DNA of 64,000 nt from an uncultured Chloroflexia bacterium (GTDB lineage Bacteria > Chloroflexota > Limnocylindria > Limnocylindrales > CSP1-4), in contig CAWFXA010000003.1 of assembly GCA_963819655.1 (NCBI GenBank), positions 960,001 through 1,024,000 on the forward strand. The letters run 5' to 3'. Below the pieces are notes generated by a model, which was not told the DNA's origin, did not search any database, and saw only the letters and a list, made by a program, of their open reading frames with translations. Below are positions 56,656-64,000 of the stretch, in pieces. Position 1 is the first letter of the stretch. Every line of letters starts with the position of its first letter. Position numbers and translations under genes: made by a program.

Positions 56656-59214
56656 CTAATTCAGCGAGATGAACCCGTCGACGTCGACCCGGGGATGACG
56701 GGCGGTCCCGACGACGCGGACCATGATCGTGCGCGTGGCACTCGCCGCCCAGCGGCGTTCGAACACGACCCGCGGCGTGCCGGTCACCGGCGCGTACAAG
56801 TCCACGGTCGTCGCGTACACGCCGTTGATGTAGATCCGTGCCTGCCCGCGAGTCGGTCCGACAGGAGCGACCAGTGCGAGCCCGTACCCGGTCCGTCTGA
56901 ATGTCGCCGTCCGGCCTGCCACTGACGCCGCGCGCGTCTTGCCGCCCCAGTACGACGCACTCGTACTCGTCCCCCACGATCCCCCGTAGGTGACGGCGGT
57001 GCTCGACTCCTGGTACGCGACGAAGCGACGCGTCGGAGACGAGATCCAGGCGCTCGCCCGACCCACGCCATCGATGGCGCGGATCCGGTAGGCGTATGTG
57101 CGACCGGGGACGACCGCGCGATCGATGGAGGGCGACGGCCAGGTTGTACTGACCGTCGCCCATGCTCCCCCGTTGATCCGCTGCTGGATCTCGTATCTGG
57201 CGATCCCGGAACCGAGGTCAGTTCCCGTCCAGGTGACGCGGGCAGGGACCGTCGTACCGACGCCGGATCCCTTGGCGAACCCGATAGCAGGAGTCGTGAC
57301 CGTCGGCGAAGCGGTATCGAGCGAGATCGTGTCCGTCCGCGACGCCGACGCGCGACCATCCGTATAGCGCCACCGAGCGTGCACAGTCCGGGGACCGTTG
57401 CCCGGCTGGAGGGTCCACGACACGGATGACGCCCACGGCAGGGCCGCCCAGCTCACGCCGTCGTTCGACAGCTCGATGTATTCGACTCCCGTCTGGCTGG
57501 GGATCGGCACGTCGACGAGCACGTCCGGCGTCGATGTCCAGGAGGCGCCGCCGGCGATCGAGACGGTGCCGGCCGGTATGCCGCGGTCGAGGACGATCGT
57601 GTCGGTCTTCATCTCGCTCCAGCGCCCCAGGACGTCCGCCCATTTGATCCAGATGGTTCGCACGCCATCCGCGTCGTCGCCGTACCACGGCGCGGTCAAC
57701 CAGGCCGTGATCTCCGGCGTGTAGGGCTGCGTATGGAACCGTCGGATGTCGTTGGGATCCGTCGATATCCAGAGCGCCGTCGCACCGACGGCAGGGACCG
57801 CGACAGTCACGATCGGGTCGTCGGTCATCGCATCGCCGCCATTGATCACGACGTCCCCGGTGGACAGGGCGGGCTGGATCGTGACCGAGGTCAACGCCGA
57901 GGTCGACGGCAGATAGGCCGCGTCGCCGTGAAAACGACCCTCGAACTGATACGTCCCTGCGGCTCGACCGGGCAGCGTGACGTCGAGCCCGCCGCCGGAT
58001 CCCGATCCGCGGAGCACCATCCCGGCCGGGGTCTTCTCCCACAGCTCGACCGTCCCGGTCACGTCAGTCCTGTCCTTGTGCACAGACACCCCGATCCGGA
58101 CGGGCTCGTTGGCGATGTACGTCTGCTGGAGCCCGATCGTCGTCTGCGTGTCGTTCTTGGCGATGACCGTGTGCCCGGTGTCCTCGGAGGCGGTGAACGA
58201 TGAGACCTCGAACGGCTGGTAGCGGAGGCGGACGTCGGACTCGCCGCCGTAGTCGCTGGTGAATTGGACGCGGTACTTCCCGTCCGGGTCCAGGTCCCAG
58301 TGGAAGTCGATGTCCATTGCACCGACAGCACGCTCGACGCCGTCGTCTGCCGTGACATAGACGCGGATCCGGCCCGGCCTCAGCTGCTCTGGCAGCAAGG
58401 TGAAATCGATCGCCGACGCGCTATCGACGTGTGCCGGCTCGATGTCGTCGATCGCCAAGGTCGTCTGGACCGTCGGCTCATCCTGGATGCGGTCCTCCGG
58501 CATGGTGAATTGGTCGTACAGGCGCACCTGATCGATATCCCCGACGAAGCCTGGCCCGCAGCCGCCGTCCGCCCCACCGATGACCAGGGGTTCGGCGCCG
58601 CTGCCCGCGTAATCGACGCCTTCGGTCTGGCCGTGCGGGCTGGTCGCGACGTTCCACCCATCCACGCGGATGCCGACGCTCCCCCACCCATCGGACCGGC
58701 CGACGATCTGGAGCTCGACGTGATGCCAGGAGCCGTCCCACAGGGACGCGAGCGCCATGTCCGGATGCGTGGCGACGACCTGTACCCCAGTCGACGCTCG
58801 AAGGTCGCGATAGTGGACGGCGACGTAGCGCCCATCGACGACCATCGCGTAGCCACCGCCGCCGCACAGGATCGAGCCCTTGTCGACGATGACCTCGCCA
58901 TCCTCGGGAGGCGTGTCGGGATCGCCACGGAGCCACAGATCGACCGTCACCTGGAGTCCACGCTGGGCCGCCGCATCCGGGATCGTGACGCGATCCGAGC
59001 CGTCGAAGTGGAACGCGCGACCGACGTGTCCGTCGGCGACGGAAGTCGCGCCCGCGATAGTGCCGTTCATCGACCCGATCGCGTCATCCGCAACGGTGCC
59101 GCTCGCCTCGTCGAATGCCCAGCGCGCGGTCGGTACACCGGGCGCTGCAAGGACGGCCGTCGCCATCGCCGCTGAGGCCAGGAGTAGTACGAATGGCGGC
59201 AACGCGCGGTACAT
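56656..59214 (-). CDS. Secreted LamG/concanavalin-like plus Ig-like/Fn3 domain protein
   Basis: Signal peptide; WAFDEASG, WHHV and FVGDIDQVRLY; Big-like and Fn3-like beta domains; C-terminal VDVDGF. Confidence 0.75.
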   Translation of the reverse strand: MYRALPPFVLLLASAAMATAVLAAPGVPTARWAFDEASGTVADDAIGSMNGTIAGATSVADGHVGRAFHFDGSDRVTIPDAAAQRGLQVTVDLWLRGDPDTPPEDGEVIVDKGSILCGGGGYAMVVDGRYVAVHYRDLRASTGVQVVATHPDMALASLWDGSWHHVELQIVGRSDGWGSVGIRVDGWNVATSPHGQTEGVDYAGSGAEPLVIGGADGGCGPGFVGDIDQVRLYDQFTMPEDRIQDEPTVQTTLAIDDIEPAHVDSASAIDFTLLPEQLRPGRIRVYVTADDGVERAVGAMDIDFHWDLDPDGKYRVQFTSDYGGESDVRLRYQPFEVSSFTASEDTGHTVIAKNDTQTTIGLQQTYIANEPVRIGVSVHKDRTDVTGTVELWEKTPAGMVLRGSGSGGGLDVTLPGRAAGTYQFEGRFHGDAAYLPSTSALTSVTIQPALSTGDVVINGGDAMTDDPIVTVAVPAVGATALWISTDPNDIRRFHTQPYTPEITAWLTAPWYGDDADGVRTIWIKWADVLGRWSEMKTDTIVLDRGIPAGTVSIAGGASWTSTPDVLVDVPIPSQTGVEYIELSNDGVSWAALPWASSVSWTLQPGNGPRTVHARWRYTDGRASASRTDTISLDTASPTVTTPAIGFAKGSGVGTTVPARVTWTGTDLGSGIARYEIQQRINGGAWATVSTTWPSPSIDRAVVPGRTYAYRIRAIDGVGRASAWISSPTRRFVAYQESSTAVTYGGSWGTSTSASYWGGKTRAASVAGRTATFRRTGYGLALVAPVGPTRGQARIYINGVYATTVDLYAPVTGTPRVVFERRWAASATRTIMVRVVGTARHPRVDVDGFISLN

Positions 59215-59373
59215 CGGGCGCGGAGCGTACGGTGCCCCGGTACGGGACGTCCATACTTTGGAGTCTGTCGGCGGGCCGTCATCCGCGGTTCGCGTTGCGA
59301 CTGGTCAACGAGCCGCCGATCGAGGTTCGACACGGGCCTGGCGTTGAGGCACCACTGGCGCAGGAGGTGACAC

Positions 59374-59826
59374 ATGACCTTCGCATTGATGAGCCCGGCC
59401 TTCGACGATGGCGCCGCGATCCCGCGGACGTTCAGCTGTGACGGCGACGACGTCTCGCCGCCGCTCGAATGGAGCGATGCGCCCGACAAGACGGCCGCGC
59501 TGGCGCTGATCGTCGACGACCCGGACGCGCGTGGCTTCGTGCACTGGGTGGTGTTCGACATGGTCGGGTCGCAGAGCGGCGGCCTTCCCGAAGGCGTCTC
59601 GGCGTCGCCGGACGCTCCCCCGCAAGGCACCAACGACTTTCGCCGCGTCGGCTGGGGCGGCCCGTGCCCGCCGTCCGGGACCCATCGATACCGGTTCACG
59701 CTGTACGCGCTCGATGACGTGCTGGGCCTGGCCGAAACGCCGACAACCGACGAGGTAAGAGCGGCGATGCAGAACCACGTCGTCGGCGAGGCCGAGTTGA
59801 ACGCGACCTACACCCGCCAGCGTTGA
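59374..59826 (+). CDS. YbhB/YbcL (PEBP, Raf kinase inhibitor-like) protein
   Basis: SPPLEW, DDPDA..FVHWV and GPCPPSGTHRYRFTLYAL. Confidence 0.9.
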   Translation: MTFALMSPAFDDGAAIPRTFSCDGDDVSPPLEWSDAPDKTAALALIVDDPDARGFVHWVVFDMVGSQSGGLPEGVSASPDAPPQGTNDFRRVGWGGPCPPSGTHRYRFTLYALDDVLGLAETPTTDEVRAAMQNHVVGEAELNATYTRQR

Positions 59827-59860
59827 TCGCTAGCCCGCCAGAGCTGTCTGTGAGGCGGCA

Positions 59861-60751
59861 TTGCTTCAATCCCTGATCGATCAGATCTTCCTGATCGTGC
59901 TCGCCGTCTTCGCCGCAGCTTCGTTGGTGATCGTCGGCTCACTCCGAACCCGCTTACGTGCGTCGATCGCGGCCGATCCTCGAGGGATGCGCAACGCGCT
60001 GATCGCGGGCGTCGCGTTGTCGGCGCTTCTCGCATGCGCGAACGTCCTCGTCGCGGTGGCAGCCCTCATTCCCAGTTCTCGGGAGGGGTTCTGGGCCCAG
60101 TACTTGCTGGTCCCGTTCCTGTACCTGGCCGGTCTCGTTTCACTCGCACTGCTCGACAGCTACGCCATCTGGCCGGCTCGCCCGGGGAATCGCGGCGCCG
60201 CCGTGGCGCGTGGTCTGCTGAGCTTCATTTTCGTGGTAGCCGGCGTCTTCACCATAGCCTCGGCGGCCAGCGGGGCAGCGCAGGTGGCGGAGCAAGCGGC
60301 CCAAGAGGAGGAAAGTGAAGCCGTCAAGGCGCGATCTGCGGGATTGTCGATGGTGATCTCGGTGGTCGATGCACAGCTCGGAGCATCGACAGTCAACGGC
60401 AGGATCGTGTCCCACCTCACGCTCGACGTGGCCATCCGTTCGACAACGGGAATCGAACTCCGGCAAGCGGAGCCAGGGTCCGGCTATCACTGGATCAACG
60501 TGGCTCCACCCGGTACCGGGTTCCCACTCCAACCCGAGGCAGGATTGGGCCTCCCCGCGCACATCCCCGCGGGCTCCGATGAAACCTACCGTCTCGAGGT
60601 GCCCATCGACGAGTTGCGGCTCGAGCCTTCAGATGAATTCACAACCGGGACATGGACGGCCTCACTGTTCCTCGAGGGGAGCGGCGGCGCACCGGGATCG
60701 CGGCCCATGTACGAGACCAGGACCTCGTTCGTGGTTCCCGATACGCCGTAG
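59861..60751 (+). CDS. Hypothetical membrane protein (four TM plus extracellular beta domain)
   Basis: Long ORF filling the gap, with hydrophobic helices; no family recognised. Confidence 0.55.
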   Translation: MLQSLIDQIFLIVLAVFAAASLVIVGSLRTRLRASIAADPRGMRNALIAGVALSALLACANVLVAVAALIPSSREGFWAQYLLVPFLYLAGLVSLALLDSYAIWPARPGNRGAAVARGLLSFIFVVAGVFTIASAASGAAQVAEQAAQEEESEAVKARSAGLSMVISVVDAQLGASTVNGRIVSHLTLDVAIRSTTGIELRQAEPGSGYHWINVAPPGTGFPLQPEAGLGLPAHIPAGSDETYRLEVPIDELRLEPSDEFTTGTWTASLFLEGSGGAPGSRPMYETRTSFVVPDTP

Positions 60752-60802
60752 GCGTCCGCCGCAGCGCCGACTTGCGGCCTCGCGCCGTACCCTTGGACGG
60801 AC

Positions 60803-62480
60803 ATGCCAGCCGAATTCATCTACACGACGTACCGGCTCGCCCGGCACTACCCGCCCGACCGGACCGTCCTCGAGGACATCTCGCTCAGCTTCTACCCGGG
60901 CGCCAAGATCGGCGTCATCGGGCCGAACGGCGCGGGCAAGTCGAGCCTGCTGCGGATCATGGCCGGGCTCGACGACGGGTTCACGGGCGACGCCCGCCTG
61001 ACGCCCGGCTTCAGCGTCGGCTACCTCGATCAGGAACCGCAACTGGACCCGAGCAAAGACGTGAAGGGCAACGTTCTCGACGGCGTCCGCCCCGTCCAGG
61101 ACCTCATCGACCAGTACAACGCCGTCATGGCCAAGTGGTCCGACCCCGACGCCGACTACGAGGCGGTCGGCGCCGAGCAGTCAGCACTCGAGGACAGGAT
61201 CAACGCCGCCGATGCGTGGAACCTCGAGCGCAACGTCGACATCGCGACGGACGCGCTGCGCTGCCCTCCGGACGACCAGGACGTCAGCACGCTTAGCGGC
61301 GGCGAGCGACGCCGCGTGGCCCTGGCAAGGCTCCTCCTCCAGCACCCGGACCTGCTGCTGCTCGACGAGCCGACGAACCACCTCGACGCCGAGTCGGTCG
61401 ACTGGCTCGAGCGTTTCCTCGACGAGTACAGCGGCACGGTCGTGGCCGTCACCCACGACCGCTACTTCCTCGACAACGTCGCGAAGTGGATCCTCGAGCT
61501 CGAGCGCGGCCGCGGCATCCCCTTCTCCGGCAACTACTCGAGCTGGCTGGAGCAGAAGCTCGAGCGCCTGTCGCGCGAGCAGAAGACGGCCGACGCGCGC
61601 CAGCGGACGCTCGCCCGCGAGCTCGAATGGGTGCGCTCGTCGGCGAGGGCCCGCCAGTCGAAGGGCAAGGCACGCCTGACGTCGTACGAGCAGCTGCTGG
61701 CCGAGTCGAACGACGCGAAGCGCACCGAGCGCGAGCTCGAGATCGCCATCCCGCCCGGACCGCGCCTCGGCGACCAGGTCATCGAGGTCGACGGACTGCG
61801 CAAGGGCTTCGGCGACCGGCTGCTCATCGAGGACCTGACGTTCTCGCTGCCGCGCTCGGGCATCGTCGGGATCATCGGCCCGAACGGCGCCGGCAAGACG
61901 ACGCTGTTCCGGATGCTCGTCGGTCAGGAGCCGCCGGATGCCGGGTCGATCACGATCGGCGACACGGTCGTGATGTCGCTACGTCGACCAGTCGCGCGAC
62001 TCGCTGCGCGGCGACCTGACGGTCTTCCAGGAGATCACCGACGGCGTCGAGGCGATCAAGGTCGGTCCGCGCGAGGTGCCCGCGCGCGCGTACGTGTCGT
62101 CATTCAACTTCCGGGGCACCGACCAGCAGAAGATGGTCGGCCAGCTGTCGGGCGGCGAGCGCAACCGGGTCCACCTCGCCAAGCTGCTCCAGTCGGGCGG
62201 CAACGTGCTGCTGCTCGACGAGCCGACCAACGACCTCGACGTCGATACGCTGCGCGCGCTCGAGACCGGGCTCGAGTCGTTCCCGGGCTGCGTCGTCGTC
62301 ATCAGCCACGACCGCTGGTTCCTCGACCGGATCGCGACCCACATCCTCGCCTTCGAGGGCGATTCGCAGGTGCGGTTCTTCGAGGGCAACGTCAGCGACT
62401 ACGAGGCGTTCCGCCACAAGGAGCTGGGCACCGCCGCCGACCAGCCGCATCGCATCCGGTACAAGCGGCTGGTGGCCTGA
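60803..62480 (+). CDS. ettA: Energy-dependent translational throttle protein EttA (ABC-F); frameshift near 61979
   Basis: [35 protein letters not shown] and IPPGPRLG; YVDQSRD...[13 protein letters not shown]...HRIRYKRL after one extra base. Confidence 0.92.
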
Positions 62481-62485
62481 CGCTG

Positions 62486-62547
62486 TTGATGCATATCTCC
62501 GGGCGGTCGGCGGACCTTCGGTAGCTGATGCGCATGGGCCGCATCAA
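62486..62547. repeat. 62-bp intergenic palindromic element, copy 2
   Basis: Same length and ends as 10433-10494. Confidence 0.75.
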
Positions 62548-62956
62548 GCGGCTGGTGGCGTAGGCGGCAGGTGACCGCACGAGTCGCTTGGGCCTTGACC
62601 GCTTGGACGGGCCGTCGCATCCTCCTACCGGCGCCAGCCGGCAACGCTGCCGGTCATTCGAGCAGACGCCATCGGGCCACCAAAGCCACTTCGAGTGAAA
62701 GGCGGTTGGTGGTGCGGTGTCGGAGCGCGATCGAACCTGACCGGGTAGACCCTGAGTCGGCATCGTCGGATCGCGTCTCGTTCGGTTCGCTCAACGATCA
62801 ATCAGCGATGGGAGTTCGCGTCGAAGAGGCGCGAGCCGCAATCCAGCCCCGTTCCGCGGCATCGAGGCCGCGAGAGATCAAGGAGGTGACAGAGCCAACA
62901 CCGGCGGTGACCGCGGCCCGCACCGCGGCTCCGAACGCGTAGGAGGAGGATCCCGG

Positions 62957-64000
62957 ATGAGGAACAGATCACTGGTGCTGCTTGGGGCGATGGTGATCGC
63001 CCTCGCGGCGGCCTGCAGCGGCGGCCAGGGCGCGAAGCCCGCGAAGCTGACGGTTGCGGCCCTCCAGGGCGATGAGAGCCTCGGATTGAAGGCGATCGCC
63101 GCAAGCTGCGGGACGCAGATCGGTACCACGATCGAGTTCGTGGACAACCCCTACGACGCCCTGTACGAGAAGCTCGTCACGACCTTCCAGGCGAACGACG
63201 GCACGTTCGACCTCGTCATGATCGACGATCCGTGGATGCCGAAGTTCGGCACTGACGGATCCTTCCAGGACCTTGGCCAATTCGGCATCAAGAGCGATCC
63301 CGACATCGCGCAGATCGTCTGGGATGTCGGCACCTGGCCGCCCCCGCACGGCGCCGTGCCACCCAGCGAGAAGGGCAAGCCTGCCCAGCTGCTCGGCGTG
63401 ACGGTCGTCGGCAACGTCCAGATGTTCATGAACCGCACAGACATCCTGCCTGCCCCCAAGACCTACGATGAGGTGCTGGCCAACGCGAAGGCCCAGGACA
63501 AAGCCGACTTCGCGGGCTACATCATCCGGGGCAAGGCCACCAACCCCGTGACCGCGGACTTCCTGCCGATCCTTTGGTCGTTCGGTGGGGACGTCTTCGA
63601 CGAGGACTGGAACGTCGTCTTCGACAACGACGCATCCAAGGCCGCTATCAAGTTCCTTGTCGAGGACCTCAAGGCCGCCGCCCAGGATGACCCGGCCAAT
63701 ACCGACGCCGCCGATCGATCGCAGCTCTTCTCCACGGGGAAGGGTCTGCAGTCGTCCGTGTGGCCCGGCGAGATCGCCGGCATCGTCAACAACGCGGAGA
63801 CGTCGCAAGTCATCGGCAAGGCCGAATACACACCGATCCCGGCCGGCCCATCGGGCAAGGGCATCGGCATGATGGGCAACTGGATGCTTGCCATCCCGAA
63901 GGCATCGAAGAACGGCGCTACCGCAGCTGAGTTCATCAAGTGCGCGATGTCCGCCGACTCCCAGAAGGTGATGGCGGCCAACAAGGGCATCCCGTCGCGG
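62957..64000 (+). CDS. Carbohydrate ABC transporter substrate-binding lipoprotein (runs off window end)
   Basis: AGGAGGAGG RBS; MRNRSLVLLGAMVIALAAAC lipobox; PYDALYEKL...FDLVMIDDPWMP; absent from the ORF track because no stop lies in the window. Confidence 0.85.
   Translation, partial: MRNRSLVLLGAMVIALAAACSGGQGAKPAKLTVAALQGDESLGLKAIAASCGTQIGTTIEFVDNPYDALYEKLVTTFQANDGTFDLVMIDDPWMPKFGTDGSFQDLGQFGIKSDPDIAQIVWDVGTWPPPHGAVPPSEKGKPAQLLGVTVVGNVQMFMNRTDILPAPKTYDEVLANAKAQDKADFAGYIIRGKATNPVTADFLPILWSFGGDVFDEDWNVVFDNDASKAAIKFLVEDLKAAAQDDPANTDAADRSQLFSTGKGLQSSVWPGEIAGIVNNAETSQVIGKAEYTPIPAGPSGKGIGMMGNWMLAIPKASKNGATAAEFIKCAMSADSQKVMAANKGIPSR

Noticed and set aside
60803-62480. Programmed frameshift or pseudogene in ettA (and the other split genes)
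   Set aside because: No slippery heptamer is visible and similar single-base indels are scattered through the window; sequencing error is more parsimonious

Overview
High-GC (roughly 70% by eye) bacterial chromosomal window with about 60 protein-coding genes. I saw no rRNA, tRNA, CRISPR array, transposase or integrase. The gene style (F420/LLM enzymes, many leaderless starts, ECF sigma plus membrane partner pairs) resembles soil Chloroflexota or Actinomycetota; this is inference only. The most notable feature is a compact minus-strand operon (25599-36665). It joins the 2-amino-4-oxopentanoate thiolase genes ortA/ortB, normally part of clostridial ornithine fermentation, to a sugar-type ABC transporter, a D-aminoacylase, an amidohydrolase, a SnoaL-like protein, an F420-dependent dehydrogenase and an XRE-cupin regulator. 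A FAD/BBE oxidase is transcribed divergently, and none of the other ornithine-pathway genes are present. This looks like an undescribed catabolic pathway. Also present: a deaminase-VOC fusion coupled to an AlkZ/YcaQ glycosylase, two paralogous ECF sigma/partner pairs, an ~1800-aa HAF-repeat/GH5-like secreted protein, several families of intergenic palindromic repeats, clear operator arrays and a candidate structured 5' leader RNA. Five single-base frameshifts (hemerythrin, D-aminoacylase, ortA, Na+/H+ antiporter, ettA) are probably sequencing errors.
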